64,000 bases of DNA from Pelagomonas calceolata (Eukaryota): the NCBI GenBank assembly GCA_918797485.1, contig CAKKNE010000006.1, positions 1,178,001 to 1,242,000 of the forward strand, in the 5' to 3' direction. Below the pieces are notes generated by a model, which ran no database searches, was not told where the DNA came from, and worked only from the letters and a program-made list of their open reading frames with translations. A program made the translations under genes and the position numbers. Shown piece by piece: positions 9,546-18,400 of this stretch; the first letter of the stretch is position 1; every line of letters begins with the position of its first letter.

Positions 9546-10412
9546 TCACCGCCGCCCGACGGCTTCCAAATTAGCCATCGCCGCGAGGAACGTCGAGGGC
9601 TTCACCGGCACCTTGGGCGACCGGAGCACCTTGAGCATTTCTCTCAAATTCATCATCGAGATGCTGTCGTAGGCCTCCTCTCGCGGTTTGCCCGACGCGG
9701 TCTCCCACGTCTCGAGGAGGTCCTTGGAGGAGAAGTACCAGGGCGCCTGTGTGGAAATCAACCAGTGAGTTAGGTCATCCTCCACGCCATCGAGCCGACG
9801 CGCCCACGACGTCGCGTCGATGGCGTGGAATCGCCACGCCATCACACAGACGGAGGGGGGTGCCCGAAATTTGATTTCCACACAGCAGGGCGCCGGCTCG
9901 TCCGCCGAGAGCCGCAGCGCGTCGATGCAGAACAAGGGCACGTCGAGTGGTGTGGCGAAGCTCTTCCGCGGGTCGAGCGCCTCGTACGTCGCGAGGAGCT
10001 CTTCCAGGGACTCGGGCACGTCGCCGCCACTGCACCGCACGAAGATTCGCCGCGCTTCGTTGAGCTCGTCTGGTGACGCGACGAAGCGCGCGGCCGTTTC
10101 ATCATCACCGTAGGCAGCTAAAGCTTTGCCCAGCGACAGCGGCTTGACGGTAAGCTTGTCGCCGTCGACGTCCCAGTATTGTTTTCTTTTCACTGCTACG
10201 TCTGCATCGATGTAGAACTCTATAGCTTTATTTTTGCCATCATCTAACAGGGCGAGCTGGCCGTCCGCGTCCGCTAGGGCGAAGCAGGGCGTCTCGGCGA
10301 AGAGGGTGGCGAGGTCCGGTTCCGCGTGCCGCTTCGTTAGGTGCGTCCTGCGGCTTTGCGGTGGCACCAATGCGTGCACGCAGGCGCTCAGCAGGAGTAG
10401 TTTGTGCAGCAT
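9546..10412 (-). CDS. Plastid-targeted protein, possibly Tic22-like; one in-frame intron (9747-9893)
   Basis: Signal peptide (VHAL), P.F.LAD..G.L, FY.DAD.A, V.PLSLG.A, VPLF, P.YFS..DL...W pattern resembling Tic22. Confidence 0.55.
   Translation of the reverse strand: MLHKLLLLSACVHALVPPQSRRTHLTKRHAEPDLATLFAETPCFALADADGQLALLDDGKNKAIEFYIDADVAVKRKQYWDVDGDKLTVKPLSLGKALAAYGDDETAARFVASPDELNEARRIFVRCSGGDVPESLEELLATYEALDPRKSFATPLDVPLFCIDALRLSADEPAPCCVEIKFRAPPSVCVMAWRFHAIDATSWARRLDGVEDDLTHWLISTQAPWYFSSKDLLETWETASGKPREEAYDSISMMNLREMLKVLRSPKVPVKPSTFLAAMANLEAVGRR
9747..9893 (-). mobile_element. Introner-like element forming a GC-AG intron: 15-bp perfect TIR and perfect 8-bp TSD
   Basis: TIR CTGTGTGGAAATCAA (9747-9761) / TTGATTTCCACACAG (9871-9885); CAGGGCGC duplicated at 9739-9746 and 9886-9893. 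Removing 147 nt restores EPAPWYF. Confidence 0.85.
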
Positions 10413-10662
10413 ACTGCCTCTGAGAGATGGGAGAGCACAGAGTGCAAAGTGCTGGAGATGTGATGCAAGTGCTTCGCCGTGCCGTATTTTTCACAGCAGT
10501 GATCTTCACGACAAATGATGGCAAAAAGCAGTCTTTGCTTTTGGCTAGGTGCAGTCATGCGCGGCACTGCAGGCTGCAAAGAGGCAAGCAGGCAAGCAGG
10601 CAGTACCCGCGCGCAGAGATCACAGCTCACTATTCCTACCACCCACGCACACAAGTTTCACT

Positions 10663-11763
10663 TTACACATCGCGCGTCTCGGAGAAGTCCTCGTAGTCGC
10701 GGCTCGGCGCGCGCGACGGAGTCGCGCGGTCGGGCTCCGTGGCCCGCTGAACGGCGTCGAGCGCCGCGGCGCCCAGGGACGCGGCGACGCCGCCGATGAC
10801 CGCCGAGGCCTCGCCGATCGCGCTCGCGACGCCGGGCAGGGCCTCACCGAGGAACTCTTGACCCGCCCGGACCGCGGCATCAAGAGAGGGCACGTAGTTG
10901 TTCATGACCAATTCGTGGGGCAGAAAAGCATGGCCCGGAGCACACGCGCACGAAGCCACGCCGTTCCGCGCGAGCGCGCCGCATTGGAAACAGAACTTCG
11001 CGCCGCACCGACAGGTCATGTTGTCGCAGCCGCCGTCGCTCTTCTCTACCAAAGCCCCGCACGTCGGGCAGGGCCGCACGCCCAGCCCGCGCATCTCCGC
11101 CGCCGTGGCCGCGTTGTCGGCGCGGCGGCGTGTCCTCAGCTCGTTTAAGCCTCGGGCAGCAGTATTGTAGCGCGCCTTCGCGGCGGCGTCGGGCCCGAGC
11201 GCCGCCTTGACGGTGCGCGCGGGCCAGGCCTCGGGGCACGTGGGGCACCGCGGCGGCAGGCGCCCCGAGTCGGCTGACGCGAGGCAGTGCTGCGACGCGC
11301 ACGCGCGGTGGAAAGTCCCGCGACACGCGCCGCAGCGGACGACCGCGGGCCAGCCGTCCTCCGATGCCTCGCCTATCTCGTCGAGGCAGATGGGGCAATT
11401 TTTGAGCGTCTCGCGCAGCGCCCTCGCGAACTCTGCCTTCTCGACGGCGTCGGGAACTGTACCACCGTGGAGCTCGATGAGCCGCTTCAGCTCTCGCACC
11501 GGCAACAAGCCGGGGTCGTTGTGGCGCAGGACCGCCTCGAGGTCCGCCTTCTCCACGCACTCCGAGTCGTCGAGGCCGCGCGCGGCAATCTCGCGGCGGA
11601 GCGCGGCGACGCTCGTGGGAGCATTTGCGGGCTGCGTCTCGCGCGCGCTGGCCGCCAGAGAGCGTCGCAGTCGTTCCGAGGCACTCATTTCATCTCCGAG
11701 AGCATCTCTCAGTCTGAGGCCTTGTTCATGAAGCACCGGCTCCGCGGGCGCACCGCAGCGCAT
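10663..11763 (-). CDS. RING/IBR (RBR-like) E3 ubiquitin ligase with two N-terminal SAP-like repeats
   Basis: LRREIAARGLD..C.EKADL repeated twice; RING CPIC...C..C...H..C...CPTC; CPTCGALVEKSDGGCDNMTCRCGAKFCFQCG. Alternative start at 11688. Confidence 0.7.
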   Translation of the reverse strand: MRCGAPAEPVLHEQGLRLRDALGDEMSASERLRRSLAASARETQPANAPTSVAALRREIAARGLDDSECVEKADLEAVLRHNDPGLLPVRELKRLIELHGGTVPDAVEKAEFARALRETLKNCPICLDEIGEASEDGWPAVVRCGACRGTFHRACASQHCLASADSGRLPPRCPTCPEAWPARTVKAALGPDAAAKARYNTAARGLNELRTRRRADNAATAAEMRGLGVRPCPTCGALVEKSDGGCDNMTCRCGAKFCFQCGALARNGVASCACAPGHAFLPHELVMNNYVPSLDAAVRAGQEFLGEALPGVASAIGEASAVIGGVAASLGAAALDAVQRATEPDRATPSRAPSRDYEDFSETRDV

Positions 11764-11856
11764 GAATGAACAAGCCAGCGAAATATATGGTTTGCAGCTG
11801 CTCTGACGTCCAGAGCGCTTGCTGGTCGCGCGTACGGGCGTACAAACTCGCGGTTG

Positions 11857-11878
11857 GCTAGCGGCTATAAGACACTAG
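11857..11878 (+). promoter_or_regulatory. Recurrent promoter motif copy
   Basis: GCTAGCGGCTATAAGACACTAG in a divergent gap. Confidence 0.7.
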
Positions 11879-12081
11879 AATCGAGGCGGCGGGCTCCGGG
11901 CGGAGCAGCAAAATAAAAGGGACGACGTTGCGTCTCGAGATCATAACCTATCGCAACACACGCATAGGAAGCGATTCTGGCCAGCGCTGCGCCGCCGCAC
12001 AGGCCACACCTGCACACGCTGCAGCCAGCCCCCGCGACGCGCGGCCACAAAAACGCCATCGCCGCGACACCATAACTCACC

Positions 12082-13725
12082 ATGTCGAGCGTCTACCACA
12101 CGGAGCCGCCGACCAAGGGCAAGGTCGTCTTCCAGACGTCTGTAGGACCGATCGACGTCGAGCTGTGGTCGAAGGAAGCGCCGAAGGCCTGTCGCAATTT
12201 CATCCAGTTGGCGTTGGAAGGGTATTATGACCGCACGACTTTTCATAGAGTGATACCGGGTTTTATGGCGCAGGGCGGCGACCCGACCGGTACCGGAGAA
12301 GGTGGGGATTCGGTATGGGGCAAATATTTTAGGGACGAAGTCAATGCGCGCATCCGCTTTAACCATAGAGGGCAGCTGGCCATGGCGAACGAGAACCGAC
12401 CGGACACGAATCGCGCGCAGTTCTTCTTCACGCTCGACGCCTGCGAATGGCTTAACGGGAAGCATACGATCTTTGGCACGGTCGCCGGCGACACCGTGTT
12501 CAATTTGTTAAGGATGGGGGAAGTAGAAACGGATGACAACGATAGACCGGTCGACGGTATTACGCTCAAAACGGTCGAAGTGCTGTTGAACCCTTTCGAC
12601 GACGTCGTGCCGCGCATCTCGCAGAACGTTCCTGCGGAAGTTGTTGAGGTGAAGCCGAAGCCCAGGGGCACGAAGAATCTCACGCTGCTCTCCTTCGGCG
12701 AGGAGGAGGCTTCCGAGGCGCCACAGCAGAGAATGAAGCCGGCCCCGGCGCGGAAAGAAGAAAAGCCCCTCAGGCCCATGCTCGAGCAGGCCGAGTCCTC
12801 GTCAGATGAGGAGGACGAGGAGGATCGGTTGCGGGGCGCGGTGAAGTCCGCGGTCGCACGGGGAGGCACGGGGAACGCGCGCGCGTTCGAGAAGAAGGGC
12901 CCGACGGGCGCCGCGGGCTTCGCGGCGAAGATGGCTCAGAAACTGAAGGAGCGGCGGGCGGCGGTCGCGAAGCGCGAGGCCGTGGACAAGCGCAAGGCCG
13001 TGTGCATCGGCGTCCTGTCTCACCGCGCGCCATCGCCGCGACGTCATCGCTGTGACTCTATATACACACAGGAGAAGCGCAAGCGCGACAACGCCGACAA
13101 CGAGTACGGCTTCGAGCAGGAGGAGGACGATGTGGATGAAGGTGTGCAGCAGCAGGCGCTGGAGGCCAAGCGCGAGGAAGCGCGGCAGGCGCGGCGGGCC
13201 TTAGCGCGCTCGTTGCGGCCTACGGTGTCGGCGCCGTCCTCGAGACCGGCACAAGCCGCTCTAGCCTCCGATGATAAGAGGAGAGAGGCCGTGGCCGCCG
13301 CGAGACAACTGCTCTCACCCTCGGAGACGCTACGGCAGCAACATAGGGCGAAGTCTGGAAGGACGCGGTCGCGGGAGGCCGACACCTTGGCGAAGCTCAG
13401 CGCGTTTAGTTCTTCTTTGAAAGCTACTAAGGAAGAGGTCGGCGAGCCGTCCGTCGAGCCCGTGACGTATTCCGGGCAAGTGCTCGACGCGGACAGCGAG
13501 TCCGACGACGAGGCCTGGTTCGCGGGCAAGCTCAAGTTCCGAAAACACACCGACGACTTGTTTCGCACGGGCACGGTCGACGACTACGCCACCTACGATC
13601 CTCACGGGAAATTTGGGTCGACGGCGGTTCCTCGGCCGCGGTCGTACGGGGGGCAGGCGCCGCCACCGAATCGCGGGGGCGACCGGCGCGGCGACGGACG
13701 TAGCGGTGGGGACTGGCGACGGTAG
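12082..13725 (+). CDS. CWC27: Spliceosomal cyclophilin CWC27; probable in-frame intron ~12997-13071
   Basis: MSSVYHTEPPTKGKV, ELWSKEAPKACRNFIQL, FHR, QGGDPTGTGEGG, NPFDDVVPR, LLSFGEEE, C-terminal TL.KL..F and W....LKF...YDP. Confidence 0.9.
   Translation: MSSVYHTEPPTKGKVVFQTSVGPIDVELWSKEAPKACRNFIQLALEGYYDRTTFHRVIPGFMAQGGDPTGTGEGGDSVWGKYFRDEVNARIRFNHRGQLAMANENRPDTNRAQFFFTLDACEWLNGKHTIFGTVAGDTVFNLLRMGEVETDDNDRPVDGITLKTVEVLLNPFDDVVPRISQNVPAEVVEVKPKPRGTKNLTLLSFGEEEASEAPQQRMKPAPARKEEKPLRPMLEQAESSSDEEDEEDRLRGAVKSAVARGGTGNARAFEKKGPTGAAGFAAKMAQKLKERRAAVAKREAVDKRKAVCIGVLSHRAPSPRRHRCDSIYTQEKRKRDNADNEYGFEQEEDDVDEGVQQQALEAKREEARQARRALARSLRPTVSAPSSRPAQAALASDDKRREAVAAARQLLSPSETLRQQHRAKSGRTRSREADTLAKLSAFSSSLKATKEEVGEPSVEPVTYSGQVLDADSESDDEAWFAGKLKFRKHTDDLFRTGTVDDYATYDPHGKFGSTAVPRPRSYGGQAPPPNRGGDRRGDGRSGGDWRR
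12997..13071 (+). other. Probable in-frame intron (donor GC at 12997 or GT at 13000), decayed introner-like
   Basis: Non-protein-like segment AVCIG...SIYTQ interrupts a KRK-rich helix, ends TATACACACAG and contains a GCCATCGCCGCGAC core. Confidence 0.55.
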
Positions 13726-13895
13726 GAGTAATGTGGGATGTATCTGGTCCACTGGAAACCCGTTTTGATCACCACCGCGCGCGCGAGATCACCACATTGC
13801 ACGCTAACCGTGTTAGTGGTCCATTCGACCGTCAAATTTACGGCGCAGAACAGATAACTCACGTGGAGCCAATCGTTGAGCCACAAATCCAAAAT

Positions 13896-14787
13896 ATGGC
13901 AAAAGTAGAAGATGTGACCGCCAGCGTGCCCGCGTCGCTCGAAGGCCTGGACGACGACACGGTGCTGATCGTCACGAGCTTTCTCCCGGAGTGTCGCGAC
14001 GTGCTGAGCCTGTCGGTCACGCGCGCGCTGCCGGAGACCGCCTGGCGCGCGGCGCACAATCGCCGAACACGGGCCGGCGCGCTGGGTCGAGGTCCTCACG
14101 GCGGAACCCGACGAGCACGGCTGGCGGTGGGAGGACGACGCGCAGTTCTTCTCCGGCCTCGTCCCGAGCCGCTCGGCGAACGGCCTGGCGTTCGTCGCCG
14201 CCCTCGAGGAGTGGACCTCGAACAAAAGAAAAGGCTCGTGGATCCGTCTCGACCTCGCGACGCTCGAGCTCACCACGTCGGGACTTACGGTGTCGGACAC
14301 GGATTGGGTCGTCGTCACGTCCCGCACCGACGTGGTGAGCCCCGACGGGCGCTCGTTCCTCGTGCCGTCGCCGTACGAAGACGCCCCCACCGGCGAGTCG
14401 CGCGCGAAGATCCTCCGTATCGCGCCGGACCGCGACGGCACGGCCCACGACGCGGCGATCCAGCGCAAGTTAGCGCGCCTCGAGGGACAGGCCGCGGCGG
14501 AGGCGCACGCGCAACGGTCGCCGACAGGCGAGGCGACGCTTGGCGTCGTCGACGCCATTTTCGACAGCGACCAGATTCTGCGCGGCGACGAGGCCGTGGC
14601 GTGGCAGGAGACGTGCGGCGACCTGCGCCGCAGCTCGTGTATCAAGTGCGGCGCAACCTCCCCGAGTATTCGCTTCCAGACGTTCATGGTGGGCAACCTC
14701 CTCGTCAGCTACCAATACCATGGAAGAATTGAATCACCTCCGTCTCGGTGTCCTAAGCGAGTCGTGCTGAAGGTGTGGCGCTTCTAG
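13896..14787 (+). pseudogene. F-box-like gene with an apparent +1 frameshift near 14050-14060
   Basis: Frame from ATG 13896 gives F-box-like SLEGLDDDTVLIVTSFLPECRDVLSLS. Coding-like sequence continues in the +1 frame (IAEHGPARWVEVL...KVWRF, stop 14787). No convincing intron found. Confidence 0.45.
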
Positions 14788-14910
14788 AGATGGACGCGGC
14801 GCGACCGCCGGCCGCCGCCCGCCTTCCTCTTCCTTCCGCGTGGTAATATTCCTCCTCCACTCGTCCAACCGACCCACGGGAGAAGCCTCGCCGCCCCGGG
14901 ACGCGTCCGC

Positions 14911-14931
14911 GCTAGCGCTTTAAGACACTAG
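14911..14931 (+). promoter_or_regulatory. Recurrent promoter motif copy
   Basis: GCTAGCGCTTTAAGACACTAG ~190 bp upstream of ZDS. Confidence 0.7.
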
Positions 14932-15122
14932 ACTGCCTCAGCTTGAGTCTGTGACGGTGCCGCTGCTACCTACGGACGCTGCTCCAGTCGGCAGGCGTCA
15001 GTGCGTAAGAGCATAAGTGCACTCGTACGCATAGCTGCACTGGGCTCATACGCGTGCAGAACCAGCAAAGAGCGCAGCCACGCACACGCCGCACTGTAGC
15101 TCTATTGGATATTTGCGCATAG

Positions 15123-17227
15123 ATGATGCGGAGCCTCGCGCTAGCGGCGCTGGCCGCGACCGCTGTAGCCCTCGCGCCGCCCGGCGCCCCGCGCACGCTC
15201 AAAACACGTAGACAAGCCGTCGTCTCGGAGCCCGACGCCAAGGCCAAAGTCAGCTCCGCGAATGCGAAACGGCAAGTAGGGAACGACGCCTTCCTCAACA
15301 AGGACCTGCGGGCACGAGCGCGGGGCGGCACGGGCGTCGTCAACGACGCGAAGCTGAAAATTGGAATTGTGGGCGCGGGCCTCGCGGGCATGGTCTGCGC
15401 GATGGACCTCGCAGACGCGGGTCATGAGGTGGAGATCTTCGAGCTAAGACCCTTCGTCGGTGGGAAGGTCTCGTCGTGGAAGGACAAGGAGGGGAATCAC
15501 ATCGAGATGGGCCTGCACGTGTTTTTTGGTTGCTATTACAACCTGTTTGGTATCATGGAAAGGACTGGGAGCTATGATTTATTGAGGATGAAGGAGCACA
15601 TCCACACCTTTGTGAACAAGGGTGGGGAGTTGGGTGCTTTGGATTTCCGGTTCCCGGTCGGCGCTCCGGTGAGCGGTTTACAAGCCTTCGCGAGAACGGA
15701 ACAACTAGGATGGGGCGACAAGGCCGCGAACGCCCTGCGGCTGGGCACGTCGCCCATCGTTCGGGCCTTGGTCGACTTCGACGGCGGCATGGACATGGTG
15801 AGAGATTTAGACGACATCACGTTCACCGAGTGGTTCACGTCGTTTGGCGGCTCGCGCGGCTCCATCGACCGCATGTGGGACCCCATCGCCTACGCGCTGG
15901 GCTTCATCGACTGCGACCACATCAGCGCGCGGTGCATGCTCACCATTTTTATGCTCTTCGCTATTAGAACAGAAGCTTCTGTTTTACGGATGTTGGACGG
16001 TTCTCCGCAGACTTATCTCCATGACCCGATCGTCAAGTATCTCGAGGAGCGAGGCGTCAAGATCAACCTGAGGACGGGCATTCGGGATATAGTGTACGAG
16101 ACTGATAGCAGTGGCAAGCCGTGCAAGGTTACTGGATTACAAGTGCAGTCCGAGCTCAAGGAGTTCGACGCGGTCGTTGCCGCTGTTGATCTGCCCGGTG
16201 CTAAGAAATTGATCCCGGAGCCGTTCCGGGTCTATCCCGAGTTTGATCGCATCTACGAATTAGATGCCGTGCCGATCGCGACGGTGCAGCTGCGCTTCGA
16301 CGGTTCGTGCGCGGCGTCCTTTGTACACGGTCGCGGCGATGGCGTCGTCGCGAGTGCCCGGACGCCGTGGCGCGCCGACGCCGTCGCCGCGAGACGCGCT
16401 CGTGATCGTGGAAGACGGGTCGCGTCGATGGCGTCTTCACGAGACCATCACGTCGCCTCGACGCCGTCGACGCGGGCCCGAGAGGGTCTACGCGTCTCGC
16501 GAGAGCCGTGGCACGCCATCGACGCGACTCACCTTTCAACAACGCAGGCTGGGTCACCGAGTTGCAAGATCAAGACAAAATGAAGAGTACCGAGGGCGAC
16601 TTGAGCGATGGGCGCGCCCCCGGTATTGATAACTTATTATACTCAGCGGACGCCGAGTTCTCGTGCTTCGCGGATCTGGCCCTTACGTCCCCGGCCGAAT
16701 ACTACAAGGAGGGCGAAGGGTCTTTGATGCAGTGCGTCATGGATTCTAGAGCGTACGGCCGCAGCGAAGCGCAGATCGTGCAAGATACGCTCGACCAGAT
16801 CCACATGCTCTTCCCCTCGTCGAAGCAGCTGACGATGACGTGGAGCAACGTCGTGAAGCTAGGGCAATCTTTGTACCGAGAGAAGCCGGGCCAGGACAAA
16901 TATAGACCTTCTCAAGCGACGCCCATCCCGAACTTCTTCCTGGCTGGCTCGTACACTTATCAAGATTATATTGATTCGATGGAAGGCGCAACGAAGTCGG
17001 GCCTCATGTGCGCCGACGAGATCGTATCGAAGGCGGACGCCATCGCCGCCGAAGCGGCGAAGAACCTGGATCTGCCGTCGGGCAAGGTCCCGCCCAACGT
17101 GCCGGGCCGGGGCCCGCTCGACATGACGGCGGCCGTCACTTTTGTGGATGACGGCTCCTTCGACGCGAACGAGAACACGGACATGTCCCAGCGGCCGGCG
17201 AGCGCGCCGGCGATCGACTCGTTCTAA
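15123..17227 (+). CDS. ZDS: Zeta-carotene desaturase, join(15123..16302,16548..17227)
   Basis: [51 protein letters not shown]; splicing restores [30 protein letters not shown]. Confidence 0.92.
16303..16547 (+). mobile_element. 245-nt GT-AG intron with multiple internal ACGCCATCGACGCGAC-type inverted cores
   Basis: Removal joins the two ZDS ORFs in frame; contains GTCGCGTCGATGGCGT and ACGCCATCGACGCGAC. Confidence 0.75.
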
Positions 17228-17399
17228 GTTTCTTGATTGGGGTCGCGTCTGGGGGCGGGGCACTGGGGGGGCGCGGGCAGCGCCTTCGTGATGGCATACT
17301 GCCTCCAGCAGGACCACTCCGACAACCCCCCGACGCGTTCGTTCAACAGGCTTGGTTTATCTGAACGGTGCTAGGAGCTGCTAGGACTGGTGGGGCTTA

Positions 17400-17418
17400 C
17401 TAGTGTCTTTACGCTAGC
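17400..17418 (-). promoter_or_regulatory. Recurrent promoter motif copy (short spacer)
   Basis: CTAGTGTCTTTACGCTAGC upstream of Rab1. Confidence 0.6.
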
Positions 17419-17673
17419 GCATCTCGAAATATTTTTTGTCGTGGCCGAGCCGCGCCTCCTACGAGCGCACCCCCTGGTGAGTGACTGACCCGACCGCTAC
17501 CCGCTGAGCCCTCCCTCTGGTCCAACGCGCCGCGGAACGCCGCCCGACGCCGACGCCCCGCGCCGTTCGCAGGCTGGACCCGAGGAACTCGCAGCCGCCT
17601 TTCTTTTCACTGCGCGGCGCGGCGGAGGTCCCTACGCGACGCGGAGGCGTGACGCGGCGGCGGCAGCGCTACG

Positions 17674-18279
17674 ATGAACAGCGAATATGACTACCTGTTC
17701 AAACTGTTGTTAATCGGCGACTCCGGCGTCGGCAAGTCGTGTCTTTTACTCCGCTTCGCCGACGACACCTACACCGAATCGTACATCTCGACGATCGGCG
17801 TCGATTTCAAGATCCGCACGATCGAGCTCGACGGCAAAACGATCAAGCTGCAGATCTGGGACACGGCGGGCCAGGAGCGCTTCCGCACGATCACGTCGTC
17901 GTACTACCGCGGCGCCCATGGTATTATCGTGGTCTTCGACGTCACCGATCAAGAATCATTCAACAACGTGAAGCAGTGGCTCCACGAGATCGATCGATAC
18001 GCCTGCGCGAACGTCAAGAAGCTCCTCGTGGGCAACAAGTGCGACCTCGCGTCGAAGCGGGCCGTGCCGACGGAGCAGGCGGCCGAATTCGCGGAATCGT
18101 TGGGCGTCGAGTACCTCGAGACGTCGGCGAAGAGCGCCCTCAACGTCGAGAAGGCCTTCACGACGATGGCGTCGGAGATCCGCAAGTGGATGCAGAGCCA
18201 GCCGGCGCCGGCCGCGCAGACCAAGGTGAACATCGGCAAGGGCCAGGCCATCGGCAAGGAGAGCGGCGGCTGCTGCTGA
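17674..18279 (+). CDS. RAB1: Rab1/Ypt1 small GTPase
   Basis: [47 protein letters not shown]-terminal GGCC. Confidence 0.97.
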   Translation: MNSEYDYLFKLLLIGDSGVGKSCLLLRFADDTYTESYISTIGVDFKIRTIELDGKTIKLQIWDTAGQERFRTITSSYYRGAHGIIVVFDVTDQESFNNVKQWLHEIDRYACANVKKLLVGNKCDLASKRAVPTEQAAEFAESLGVEYLETSAKSALNVEKAFTTMASEIRKWMQSQPAPAAQTKVNIGKGQAIGKESGGCC

Positions 18280-18400
18280 GCTCGTGTTGACTACTCCCCC
18301 GCCTAAGGCGCCTGGCGGTTAGGCAGTTACTATAGGAACACACCCCTCACGTCGCCGTCACGGCGTCTCCCACAGCAACCACAAATGGGCGACTAAGGAC

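Noticed and set aside
17477..17572. Possible 5'-UTR intron of Rab1 (GTGAGT...TTCGCAG)
   Set aside because: Plausible, but there is no reading-frame constraint to support it without transcripts.
18277..18279. TGA after GGCC in Rab1 (and terminal TGAs at 5869, 9410, 63142) as possible Sec codons
   Set aside because: Rab1 ends in the normal CC prenylation motif; the others lack a redox context, a conserved downstream frame or a SECIS-like hairpin.
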